A program made the position numbers and the translations under genes. From Myxococcales bacterium (GTDB lineage: Bacteria; Myxococcota; Kuafuiibacteriia; Kuafuiibacteriales; Kuafuiibacteriaceae), in NCBI GenBank assembly GCA_019634385.1, contig JAHQVK010000170.1:3040-67039 (forward strand): a stretch of DNA of 64,000 nucleotides, in the 5' to 3' direction. Under the pieces are notes generated by a model. The model saw only the letters and a program-made list of their open reading frames with translations. It was not told where the DNA came from and did not search any database. Shown piece after piece: positions 51,330-60,448 of this stretch; the first letter of the stretch is position 1, and each line of letters starts with the position of its first letter.

Positions 51330-51965
51330 TTAGATGAGAAATACAAAAAGGTAGATCAGGACCCACAAGCCCCCAACGGAGTGCCAATAGTAGCCCCACA
51401 AACGGATCGGAAGGTGGTGGCTCTCAGAAAAAAAACCATCCCAGGCCCGAGCCGACAACCACGCGCCTGCTAGGCATCCGAGGAGGGCGTGAGCAAAATG
51501 GTACCCGGCGAAGATCCAGAAGAGTCCAGCATACGCGCTTTGGTCCCACCGAAGCCCAGTGGCTATGGCGATAAACGCGGCGCAGACTTGCATGACTAAA
51601 AAGATGAAAGAGAGAACGGAGGCGGCAGCCAGTCCCCTAAAGAGCTGGGTCTTATTGCTCTTTTCGATACCAATAAGCCCCCAATGGTAGAGCAGACTGG
51701 AGAGAATCGTGACCATTGTGCTTAGGCCCGTTAGGATTCGTGGTGGCGAAGCTGCGCCTATAGGAGGCCATTGGATTGCGTTGAGCCGCAGGTACCATTG
51801 GGCGGCAAAGAGCGCGATGAATCCTATGGCCCACGAGCCCATGAAGAGGCCCATAAATAGACGCGCATTGGCTTCACGATTGGTCATAAATACTAGAAAA
51901 TCACGGATTGGCTGTGCAACTAGCCTGGATTGATGGCGAGGGGAAGTCGGACGCCTGTCAACCAC
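51330..51965 (-). CDS. heme-copper oxidase subunit III family protein
   Basis: Five TM segments, GYHFAH and YWHSV...W motifs. Confidence 0.82.
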   Translation of the reverse strand: MVDRRPTSPRHQSRLVAQPIRDFLVFMTNREANARLFMGLFMGSWAIGFIALFAAQWYLRLNAIQWPPIGAASPPRILTGLSTMVTILSSLLYHWGLIGIEKSNKTQLFRGLAAASVLSFIFLVMQVCAAFIAIATGLRWDQSAYAGLFWIFAGYHFAHALLGCLAGAWLSARAWDGFFSESHHLPIRLWGYYWHSVGGLWVLIYLFVFLI

Positions 51966-52012
51966 AGGCTTAGTTACTGGCGCCTCGGCACCAGCAACGG
52001 TCAGCTGGACGC

Positions 52013-52681
52013 TTAAGCGCTGATCTTGGTGGAGTCTTCGTCGATAACAAACTCCGTCTCGACCAGCTCGTCAGCGGACATTTCGGTGTTCTCGACCTTA
52101 GCTTCTTCGGTGGGTGAGGGAGGCGGGGTGGCTGCTTTCTGTGCTTTGGGCACTCGAGCTTTTTGCTTACGAACACCTTTCTTACCCGAACCTAACGAAA
52201 TTTCGCCAAGTTTGGCTATGAGCTCTTCGTCACCAACGGCGAAAACCTGAGCATAGGCAAGTCCCCGCTCAGCGCACTTTTCGAGGGCGCTGCGTTCGCC
52301 ATTGAGCCGATCTTGTGCAGCCTCGAGATCTGAGAACAAACGACGAACGTCCGCATCTGCGTCTCGGAGGGCATCACATCTCTCTTCGAGAATCTCGCGG
52401 TCGACGTCGGGAAAGTTCACGGACTGGAGTGGACCTTGAAACAGGTCTACAAGCTTTTTAACCCCTTCAGGAATTGGATCTTCTTCGGGGGTTGGATAGG
52501 CCTCTGGGCTCTTTTGGGTCGCCTTGGATGTTGACGTGGATGTGGATGTGGATTCACTGGGTTCGGTAGCACTGGTTTCTTGGGATGAACTCCTTGAGCC
52601 AGCACCCCGAGCAGCTCGGCTGCTGACTTTTCGTGTGGAGGCTTTGTTGCGCGTTGCGCGCGAAGACTTGGCGGTAGTCAT
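52013..52681 (-). CDS. hypothetical protein with basic Ser/Arg-rich N-terminal tail and coiled-coil core
   Basis: Long ORF in an operon-like run; FPDVD core; acidic C-terminus. Confidence 0.7.
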   Translation of the reverse strand: MTTAKSSRATRNKASTRKVSSRAARGAGSRSSSQETSATEPSESTSTSTSTSKATQKSPEAYPTPEEDPIPEGVKKLVDLFQGPLQSVNFPDVDREILEERCDALRDADADVRRLFSDLEAAQDRLNGERSALEKCAERGLAYAQVFAVGDEELIAKLGEISLGSGKKGVRKQKARVPKAQKAATPPPSPTEEAKVENTEMSADELVETEFVIDEDSTKISA

Positions 52682-52716
52682 CGAAACCTACTCTCAGCGT
52701 ACTGCCATGTCTAATA

Positions 52717-54123
52717 TCAACGTGCAACTGCTGAAGTAGGGGAAGTTTTGGCGCCAGATTGTGTTAGATGCAACAGGGCGCGGTGTAAAACATCTAAAGC
52801 GCGGTACAAACTCTGGGTTGGAAGGTGTTCTCGGGGTCGCCCGCGGGTAGCGAATGTTTGAGGACTCACTTCAAAAGGCATGAATCCAAAAGTAGGTATC
52901 TGAATCCCAAGCAAGAATCGAGCTTGTGAGGGCGCTCCGAGAATGCGGAGCCAGTGTTTATGGCCGAAGGCTTCAGCCAAAACCGGCAGGCGCGCGTGAT
53001 CATGGGCAACATCCAGGATCGCTGGTTCTCCGTTATAGAGGTCAACATGCACCAATGGATTCAGAGCTTTACGTAGCTCGGCCCGTTTTTGTACCGGTGT
53101 TTGTGCTTCCGGCAGAGAAACATCTAACCAAGCCTGAGCTCGAGCGTCGTTCTGTACAAAGGGCTCATGACGTCGTCCCCAATAGGATACATGCTCCAGG
53201 CAAATTACCATGCCCGAGGTCCACGGGGTGTTTTCGAGCTCCGTCATGTACAATGCTTGAGCAAGTGGTTTGATGCCGATGAGCCATCGAACAAGTGGGG
53301 ACGAAGTTTGAGCGAGATCAGACAGATAGCGTGCAGCAGACCCTGTATATGAGGGTTTGGTGAGCACTTGGTGAGCACGACTTATGGCCTTAGCTAGCTG
53401 GGTTCCAGCACTGAATCCGTTGGCAGTAACAAGGATCCTTGCGAATCCTTGTTCCCCGTGGGTGACGAGATAACGAGGTTTTGCGGTTTTTCGAGACTCT
53501 CGGAGAATGACACCACCTGGGTTGAGAGCCAGGTAAGTTGTAGCGAGTCTGGGATAACGAGCAAAGATACGCTTGAGCTGGCGGGCTTCTGGATCTGCAC
53601 CTTCGGTGGTTACCACCAGGTAGATCGATCGCTGCAGGTTTTTAGCGGTACTGGCCTGCGCTAGGACGGAAGTCATTAGACTTGCTGCGCCTTTGCCGCC
53701 GAGTGCTCCCCGACCAACAATCCTGTCTTCCACAAGAGCAGCGGATATTGGGCCTGCGTCTTCGGACCACTGAGTTTCTTCCCAAGAGATCGTGTCAATG
53801 TGACTAAGGAGAAGAATAGTTTCGCGGGTTTGCCCTGGGAGGTGGGCAACGAGGGCTAAATCCTTCTCGTACACTTCAATAGGAGGATAATTCTCAAGCT
53901 CTTGGGAGAGTCGATGAAGAGCAATTTTCTTCCCCAGTTGAGGGGTGGTATCGATACTGAGTAAACTCCGAAATAGCCGTAGAGCTGAGCGATGGTAGTT
54001 CTTGGGCTTAGGGGGAGGGCTGAGTTTCCCCCCTGCGATCGAACTGGCGCAGCCAATATACAATGGTTGGAGGAGCGCGATCAGCAGATAGAGGGAAAAA
54101 CTCTGAGGACGCCACTTCACCAT
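52717..54123 (-). CDS. M20/M28 peptidase-fold lipoprotein with degenerate metal ligands
   Basis: YIGC lipobox, LLSHIDT, GRGALGGKG. Confidence 0.72.
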   Translation of the reverse strand: MVKWRPQSFSLYLLIALLQPLYIGCASSIAGGKLSPPPKPKNYHRSALRLFRSLLSIDTTPQLGKKIALHRLSQELENYPPIEVYEKDLALVAHLPGQTRETILLLSHIDTISWEETQWSEDAGPISAALVEDRIVGRGALGGKGAASLMTSVLAQASTAKNLQRSIYLVVTTEGADPEARQLKRIFARYPRLATTYLALNPGGVILRESRKTAKPRYLVTHGEQGFARILVTANGFSAGTQLAKAISRAHQVLTKPSYTGSAARYLSDLAQTSSPLVRWLIGIKPLAQALYMTELENTPWTSGMVICLEHVSYWGRRHEPFVQNDARAQAWLDVSLPEAQTPVQKRAELRKALNPLVHVDLYNGEPAILDVAHDHARLPVLAEAFGHKHWLRILGAPSQARFLLGIQIPTFGFMPFEVSPQTFATRGRPREHLPTQSLYRALDVLHRALLHLTQSGAKTSPTSAVAR

Positions 54124-54146
54124 GGAAAGTAGTATACCGCGTTAGC

Positions 54147-55088
54147 ATGAAGCTGCCTCATAGAGCCCGAGGTGAACGGTTCGATAGGGCTATTTGTCAG
54201 GCTTTGACCCACAACGGGGTCAGTTGCAGTATAAGAGAAGTCAGGAAAGCCCTACGCGAAGGTGCTATTCGGGTGAATCAGCAACGCGTGGCTGCTGGTT
54301 GTCGGGTTGTCGGCGGCGAAGAAATCTACCTGGCTCAGTTTCAGCCTAGGGGGGCAGCGCAGGTGAAGGGTGAAGCGGATCTTTGCCCGAACGCACCTGT
54401 TTTGGCTGATTGGTTAGATATTTTAGCCCTCGGAAAGCCTGCAGGGTGGGCGTGTGCACCGCTTCGACCCGATGAAACCGGTACCCTCCTTGGGGCTGCG
54501 GTAGCCTACGATTCGGCCGTGGCGGATGCAGGACCCTCACTTGAGGGGGGCTTAGCTCATCGTTTGGATATAGGTACATCGGGGGTCGTGTTGTTTGGCC
54601 GAAACACCCGCGCGCGAGAACAATTACGCCGGTGGTTTTCTGAGCATACCATCTCTAAGACTTATATCGCGGTCGTTGAAATACCTGCCAGCCCGCTACC
54701 GGCTTTCTCCGACAAAGCGATTCGCCCCGGTACAAGGCGGGTAAGGGTGGGGGATGGTCCCGGTGCGTTGAAGGCTCGCAGTGATTTTGAGCTGGTGGCG
54801 CAGTCTGCTGACGCTTGGGTGGTTTGTATTCGAACGTTTTATGGTCGCCGACACCAGGTCCGGGCCCATTTGGCGGAACTAGGAGCGGCAATTCACGGCG
54901 ATATCCAATATGGGGGAAGGGATGGTAGTCGACTTATGCTGCACGCTGCTCGCATCGACTTGCCCGACGGCAGATCAGTGGAGGCTCCTATCCCAACGAG
55001 TTTTACGGCGGGGATGGATAGCTCTTGTTTTCGTCGCGCTGGTTTGGAGCGGGTGCGCGGGGGGGACACGAAACCCTGGACTCCCTAA
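54147..55088 (+). CDS. RluA/RluD family pseudouridine synthase
   Basis: KPAG, HRLDIGTSG, GRRHQVRAH, GDIQYG and LHA motifs; start placed at ATG 54147. Confidence 0.9.
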   Translation: MKLPHRARGERFDRAICQALTHNGVSCSIREVRKALREGAIRVNQQRVAAGCRVVGGEEIYLAQFQPRGAAQVKGEADLCPNAPVLADWLDILALGKPAGWACAPLRPDETGTLLGAAVAYDSAVADAGPSLEGGLAHRLDIGTSGVVLFGRNTRAREQLRRWFSEHTISKTYIAVVEIPASPLPAFSDKAIRPGTRRVRVGDGPGALKARSDFELVAQSADAWVVCIRTFYGRRHQVRAHLAELGAAIHGDIQYGGRDGSRLMLHAARIDLPDGRSVEAPIPTSFTAGMDSSCFRRAGLERVRGGDTKPWTP

Positions 55089-55509
55089 GGGGACCGTAGA
55101 CTTTCTGTATGTCGCCTATAGCGGTGCCCAGCAAAATATAAAGTCATTCCGGGGAAAACCGGTGGTTGTACTGATTATGGCTACATGGGCAGGTCCCGCT
55201 CTGGTTGAGGTCCAACGGATTCGGGCGGTTCAAGATGAGTTTAAGGATGCTTTTGACCTGGTTGTTTTGGTTGTTGACGAAGAACCCGAGATGGCTGGGA
55301 TTTTCGCAGAGAAGTTTGAGCTGACTGATGTGATCGGATGGGTAGAATCAACGGATGACTTAGTTATGGATGAAGGGCCTTTTGGACCTATTGGCACCCT
55401 ACCAACAAGTATACTGCTCGATGTGGAGGGACGCATTGCCGTACGTAGTGATGGACCATGGCCACCGGGATCGTTAGAGCAGAGTCTACGGGCGCTAGGG
55501 ACGCCATAG
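54910..55509 (+). CDS. TlpA-like thioredoxin-fold lipoprotein lacking CxxC
   Basis: RGKPVVV..ATWAGPA..E, LPTSILLD.EGRI, WSGC lipobox; start uncertain. Confidence 0.7.
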   Translation: MGEGMVVDLCCTLLASTCPTADQWRLLSQRVLRRGWIALVFVALVWSGCAGGTRNPGLPKGTVDFLYVAYSGAQQNIKSFRGKPVVVLIMATWAGPALVEVQRIRAVQDEFKDAFDLVVLVVDEEPEMAGIFAEKFELTDVIGWVESTDDLVMDEGPFGPIGTLPTSILLDVEGRIAVRSDGPWPPGSLEQSLRALGTP

Positions 55510-55574
55510 ACTGTTGTTAGGGCTATAAAATGTGGGTCTGCCAGTAGCTAACACAAGGACGGTAACCGGCTCAT

Positions 55575-55892
55575 ATGGACGAAAACGCAGATACAAGGTT
55601 TTTGATCGGGCTAGCTTTGGTCTGTGGTCTTGTAACCCTGGTGTTACTCTGGGAGGGGTTGTTTGGCGAAAGTGGGATGAGACACCACCAGATGCTTCGC
55701 CGTGACCTAGCGGAACTGGTCCATCGTTGGAAACAAGAAGAGCTCAAACACCACCAGCTTCAGGCAGAAGAGCGGGCATTGAGCCAACAACCGGCATATG
55801 TAGAGTGGATCATCCGCCAAGAGCTAGGCTGGGTCCGACCGCATGAGATGGTGCTCATGCTCGAGGCACCATCGGTGCCCTCGCGGAAGTAA
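55575..55892 (+). CDS. FtsB/DivIC septum formation initiator family protein
   Basis: N-terminal TM, FGESG, coiled coil, IRQELGWVRPHE. Confidence 0.85.
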   Translation: MDENADTRFLIGLALVCGLVTLVLLWEGLFGESGMRHHQMLRRDLAELVHRWKQEELKHHQLQAEERALSQQPAYVEWIIRQELGWVRPHEMVLMLEAPSVPSRK

Positions 55893-55949
55893 GATCACTT
55901 TTCGAGCGGAATTTCTCTGGAACAGAAGTGTGCTAAAACGAGTGCACCG

Positions 55950-57272
55950 TTGAGAAAGTATTTCGTCCTCGACACCAATGTGCTCTTACATGATCCTGGG
56001 GCATTGTATGCATTTGCCGACAATGCGGTTGTTGTACCCATCTATGTGATCGAAGAGATTGATCAGTTCAAACGTGACCTAAATGAACTGGGAAGATCAG
56101 CTCGAGAGGTTAGCCGATCGCTGGATGAGCTGCGCAAACAGGGGGAGATCTCTAAGGGTATCGAAAAGGCTAGTGGGGGAAGTATACAGGTGTACTTCAC
56201 CGACCGAATGATTCCGGTGGAAGTCGTTCAAAGCAACCATGCTATCGATAATCGGATACTGGCGGTAGCACTCGATATTGCGGAGAATAACCCTGGTGAG
56301 CGGGTCATCCTGGTCTCCAAAGACATTAATTTACGCATTCGTGCGGATGTGCTCGGTCTGGAAGCGGTTGATTATGACAACAGCGATCGCATGGAGATCA
56401 ACGAGCTCTATACCGGCATGAACGAGTATGAGCTTGATGGCGAGGGTGTTGATGACTTCTACAAAACTGGGTTTCGTGGAGTCGAGGACTATCAGTATGA
56501 GCTCGTGGCTAATGAGTTCGTACACATAAAAAATCGTGACAATCCAAGTCACTCAGCTCTAGGGAAAATATCTAAAGATCTTCAAGGTATAGTACCAATA
56601 ACTCGTCTCAAAGATGGTCTGTGGGGCATTCGGCCTCGCAACAAAGAGCAATCGTTCGCGATCGACTTGCTTATGGATGACGAGGTCAAGTTGGTGACAT
56701 TAGTCGGAAAAGCCGGTACGGGCAAAACGCTTTTGGCTATTGCTGCTGGACTTCACAAGGCCACCGAAGAAGGTAAGTATCAGCGAGTTCTTGTGTCCCG
56801 TCCCATCTTTCCTTTAGGGCGGGATCTCGGTTATCTACCTGGAACGGTGGAAGAGAAACTATCTCCGTGGATGCAGCCAATCTTCGATAACGTGGAGTTT
56901 CTTATGGGATTGTCGAACGATGAAAAAAAGGGTGGACGTAGTTATCGAGAGCTTGTTGATCTAGGTATTCTCGAAATAGAGCCTCTGACATATATCCGCG
57001 GTCGCTCCATTCCGAACCAATTTATGGTTGTTGATGAAGCGCAGAATCTAACTCCACATGAAGTAAAAACAATTGTGTCTCGAGCCGGTGAAGGGACAAA
57101 AATTGTGCTGACCGGTGACCCATACCAGATCGACAACCCCTACATGGATTCCACCAATAATGGGTTGGTTCATGTAGTGAACCGGTTCCGACCGGAAAAG
57201 ATTTTTGGGCATGTAACGTTGTTCAAAGGTGAGCGGTCCGAGTTGGCGGAACTCGCAGCAAACCTCATGTGA
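55950..57272 (+). CDS. PhoH2 (PIN domain + PhoH ATPase)
   Basis: VLDTNVLLHD PIN domain; GKAGTGKT, LGYLPG, RGRS, DEAQN and GDPYQID motifs. Confidence 0.94.
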   Translation: MRKYFVLDTNVLLHDPGALYAFADNAVVVPIYVIEEIDQFKRDLNELGRSAREVSRSLDELRKQGEISKGIEKASGGSIQVYFTDRMIPVEVVQSNHAIDNRILAVALDIAENNPGERVILVSKDINLRIRADVLGLEAVDYDNSDRMEINELYTGMNEYELDGEGVDDFYKTGFRGVEDYQYELVANEFVHIKNRDNPSHSALGKISKDLQGIVPITRLKDGLWGIRPRNKEQSFAIDLLMDDEVKLVTLVGKAGTGKTLLAIAAGLHKATEEGKYQRVLVSRPIFPLGRDLGYLPGTVEEKLSPWMQPIFDNVEFLMGLSNDEKKGGRSYRELVDLGILEIEPLTYIRGRSIPNQFMVVDEAQNLTPHEVKTIVSRAGEGTKIVLTGDPYQIDNPYMDSTNNGLVHVVNRFRPEKIFGHVTLFKGERSELAELAANLM

Positions 57273-57352
57273 TCTTCTCTTTGACTGATTGTCGATAACG
57301 GTATCAAAGACTATGGACCTTATTGGTTAATTATCCCTCGGATGGCTTACCC

Positions 57353-57381
57353 GGCGAACCTTTCGAGTGGCTTCGCCTTTT
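57353..57381 (+). terminator. possible intrinsic terminator after phoH2
   Basis: GGCGAA...TTCGCC stem followed by TTTT. Confidence 0.35.
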
Positions 57382-57386
57382 CATTA

Positions 57387-57496
57387 GTACGGGCTGTACC
57401 GGGCTGAGGGGTCCGAAAGGGCGGCGAAGCCACCGACCCCTTACAAACGAAGGAAACAAGTCAGAACGCGGTTCGGAGGTTAAAGACCCGCCCTAG
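57387..57496 (-). mobile_element. MITE family A, partial inverted copy
   Basis: GGCGAAGCCACCGA...GAAACAAGTCAGAACGCGGTTCGGAGGTTAAAGACCCGCCCTAG. Confidence 0.8.
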
Positions 57497-57503
57497 CTTA
57501 GGG

Positions 57504-59021
57504 CTATGAGCGTCTGCCTCGGGTTGGTATTTTGGGATGAGGAAGAGATGGAGGATGCGGTGGATGTAAGGGAGGTGGATAGTAGTTTGGCCCCATTTGC
57601 TGTTGATGTTTCTCGGCAGCAATGATTTTTGGATTCGTCATATTGCTGAATACCTGCCAGGCTGCTCCAGCGGTAATAAACGGAAGATTAGTAAAAATGG
57701 CATTTGGGATACACTCTACTGCGTAAATTAGCGGTACAACGCTAAATGCGATCATAAAGCGCTGATCGTTTCGGTTGGGTAGTTTTTTATAGTTTCGAGC
57801 GATTCGAATGACTGGGAAGAGCATTAGGACAAATGGTGCGACCAAACCAAAAATGCCCGTCATATTAAATCGTCCTACCCAATAGCCGTCGACGGTGGAC
57901 AAGTTGACGCCGAGCCACTTGTCCCAAATGTGGCCACGAGCGTAACCTCCCCAACCGAACCATATCTTTTCTCTAGCTCTCGAAGATAGTTCATTCTCAT
58001 TTCGGAAACGGTAGCCCAGTGATTGCGCCCTCTGCGGAGAATACTTTGCGACGACGCCCACTACTGTATCAATATCTAACAATTTAAAAGCTCGGACATA
58101 GGGGTAACCTAGTACCAGTATGGCAGTAACCAAAATGGTTTTCGCCTGAGTTTTGATAGATGTGAAAAACAGTAAAGGCCCAAGCACAATGAGAAAAATA
58201 ATAGCCCCCATGGACTTTCCGAAAACGACCACAACCATCATGGTGCGTAGAACCATGTTGGCATTGAGACTCCAGATAGTTCGGAGGCCAGAGTTGTAGA
58301 GTGCAACGGCGCAGATAAATGCTACCAATTGATATCGAGCAAGGACCAGACCGTGGAGCATAAAACCCTGAGGACGAAAGCCTCCCCATCGAATTGTTTG
58401 GGAAATATCTTCATGAGGATAATAACCATAAACAGAGGAATGGACGATAGGACCTAGTCGCATGTCAAGAAACATTATGGGAATGTAGACAAGACCGGCT
58501 GCGACTATGATTGTACACATGGCTGTTATGTCCGACTTTCGTTGAAATGCGGCACGCCCAATGAGAAAGGGGATAATTAGATGGATGATTTCACGTATCC
58601 ACTCTGAAATGATATCATAGAGGGTGATGGCAGGAAGGACCGTTAAGGATATATCCGGTGTTTCATAAGCATAGAGCCCGTATATTAGTGGCTCGGTGTT
58701 TTCCTTCCATGTCCCAAACCATCCGACTAAGAGGACCATCGGCAGAAGTTCTAGCCCTCGCAGTGGTCGGATTTTCCTTAGTGATTTCCAGTGTCTTTGA
58801 TAGATGAAATATATGATGATTACCGCTGACCACTGAGCTTTGCCGAGCGGGGGAACCATCGGAAAGTCGAACAAAGCGTCTTCACCGGAGGGTAGATACA
58901 TTTCAGCGATAACCACCGAAAGAATAGTGGCCGCTGGGAGGCTGTATTGTCGGAACAGAAAGCGGGTGACAAGAGGGAAGAGGATGAAGGCGAGAAAAAC
59001 CGGGAAGCCACCGTCAGGCAT
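57504..59021 (-). CDS. O-antigen ligase / Wzy-like polytopic membrane protein
   Basis: About 12 TM segments; RWGGFRP, RAQSLGYR..NE and FGWGG motifs; start placed at ATG 59021. Confidence 0.75.
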   Translation of the reverse strand: MPDGGFPVFLAFILFPLVTRFLFRQYSLPAATILSVVIAEMYLPSGEDALFDFPMVPPLGKAQWSAVIIIYFIYQRHWKSLRKIRPLRGLELLPMVLLVGWFGTWKENTEPLIYGLYAYETPDISLTVLPAITLYDIISEWIREIIHLIIPFLIGRAAFQRKSDITAMCTIIVAAGLVYIPIMFLDMRLGPIVHSSVYGYYPHEDISQTIRWGGFRPQGFMLHGLVLARYQLVAFICAVALYNSGLRTIWSLNANMVLRTMMVVVVFGKSMGAIIFLIVLGPLLFFTSIKTQAKTILVTAILVLGYPYVRAFKLLDIDTVVGVVAKYSPQRAQSLGYRFRNENELSSRAREKIWFGWGGYARGHIWDKWLGVNLSTVDGYWVGRFNMTGIFGLVAPFVLMLFPVIRIARNYKKLPNRNDQRFMIAFSVVPLIYAVECIPNAIFTNLPFITAGAAWQVFSNMTNPKIIAAEKHQQQMGPNYYPPPLHPPHPPSLPHPKIPTRGRRS

Positions 59022-59365
59022 CACTGTTCTCCGGAGCTGATGTAGGGTGATACACCAGAAAATCAAATATCTCCGTGAAAGCAGGGTGCTTCAAACTGGT
59101 TGGCATTCGAGGTTCTCCGAAAATTCGTACGATCATACACCAGGCAGTCTGTCGTTGTGGGGTTAAATGAATGAAGGTCGGCTTTTGGAGTGAAGGCAAG
59201 GCGAAGTGAGGGGCCGGTTGTCGAGAGAAATAAGGACAAGCGGGGTCGCGGCCAGTCCGAAGCATACTTGGTGGTCAGCTTTCACAAGTGCAGCATGGGT
59301 TCAAGTCTTCGATGGCAGGACGCAATGTGAAACCGATACGGGGCTGCTTATGGTAAAATAGGTTC

Positions 59366-59809
59366 ATGAAAACTGTTCTTACACTGGTGCTTATCAGTAG
59401 TGGGGTCAGCGCTACACCGACCTCTTCTGCCATTGCCGGGGATGTCTCTGCGTCGGTGGAACATTTCTGGCTTGATACCTCTGGCTCCACCCAGCAAGTG
59501 AAGCTGGGGACAAAGGGACAGGTACGGTTGCAGATTCGACCCAAAAAAGGCTATAAAGTAAACGATAAAGGTCCATTGGCGGTGGTTTTTGTGGGAACAC
59601 CCAATATTATTGTTGATCGAACGAAGATGGGACGTGCGGATGCAGAAGGGACATCAGACAGACCGGTGTTTAGTTCAAATTTTTTGGCGCGAAAGACGAG
59701 CCAGGACCAGGTGCGAGTACAAGCCACATTCGTATTGTGTGATACCAAAGGCACTTTTTGCGAGCTGAAAAAAGAGTCGGTAGCGATACAGGTAGCGATA
59801 CAGCCATAA
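59366..59809 (+). CDS. secreted hypothetical protein (possible DsbD-N-like beta sandwich)
   Basis: Signal peptide, GYKVN..GP, CDTKGTFC cysteine pair. Confidence 0.6.
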   Translation: MKTVLTLVLISSGVSATPTSSAIAGDVSASVEHFWLDTSGSTQQVKLGTKGQVRLQIRPKKGYKVNDKGPLAVVFVGTPNIIVDRTKMGRADAEGTSDRPVFSSNFLARKTSQDQVRVQATFVLCDTKGTFCELKKESVAIQVAIQP

Positions 59810-59916
59810 AATAGAGTCTTAAGTCCTCTTCTTACGTTATCCGATGCGCATACTGATGTTTTGTTTTGAGGGTAGCTCTTGCGGAACCCTTCTCGATGGG
59901 GTGCTTCAGGTATTGG

Positions 59917-60104
59917 CTAGGGCGTGTCTTTAAACTCCGGCGGCGGAGATTGCGCCGTATCCCGCGTTTGTGAAGGTGCGGCCCCAGAGGGAGGGTACCG
60001 GATGTACCGGACCGAGGGGCCCAAAATGGTGGCGAAGCCACCGAACCCTCACACATGTGGGAAACAAGTCCCAACGCGGTCTGGAGTTTGAAGACAAGCC
60101 CTAG
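59917..60104 (-). mobile_element. MITE family A, full inverted copy flanked by CTAG on both sides
   Basis: CTAGGGCGTGTCTTTAAACTCCGG ... CTGGAGTTTGAAGACAAGCCCTAG (188 bp). Confidence 0.88.
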
Positions 60105-60126
60105 CTACCCGAGTGCACGGCTAGAG

Positions 60127-60213
60127 CGGACGGAGAGGGATTCGAACCCTCGGTACCCTTGCGAGTACACTGGTTTAGCAAACCAGCGCCTTAAGCCACT
60201 CGGCCATCCGTCC
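60127..60213 (-). tRNA. tRNA-Ser(GCT)
   Basis: GGACGGA acceptor stem, CTGGT-TTGCTAA-ACCAG anticodon arm, long variable arm, GGTTCGAATCC; CCA not encoded. Confidence 0.95.
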
Positions 60214-60242
60214 ACCGTTGTTGTCGCTGACGAAACTCGGTG

Positions 60243-60329
60243 CGGAGCAGGAGGGATTCGAACCCCCGGTACGCTCACACGCACGGCGGTTTTCAAAACC
60301 GCTGCCTTCAACCGCTCGGCCACTGCTCC
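60243..60329 (-). tRNA. tRNA-Ser(TGA)
   Basis: GGAGCAG acceptor stem, GCGGT-TTTGAAA-ACCGC anticodon arm, long variable arm, GGTTCGAATCC; CCA not encoded. Confidence 0.95.
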
Positions 60330-60448
60330 GTAAAGCCCGTCAGGGCGTCTGACATAACCAGCCTTGGCGCACAACGCAAGGCTTCGTTGCTCAGAAGTTC
60401 AAAGGCGGTAAAGAATGCTGGGGGACCGCGCACAGTCACTAGCAATTC

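Noticed and set aside
59779-59802. Exact 12-bp tandem GGTAGCGATACA (VAIQ twice)
   Set aside because: In-frame slippage duplication at a C-terminus; no sign of function
57500-60330. Integrative island at the tRNA-Ser genes
   Set aside because: No integrase and no duplicated tRNA 3' end seen in the window
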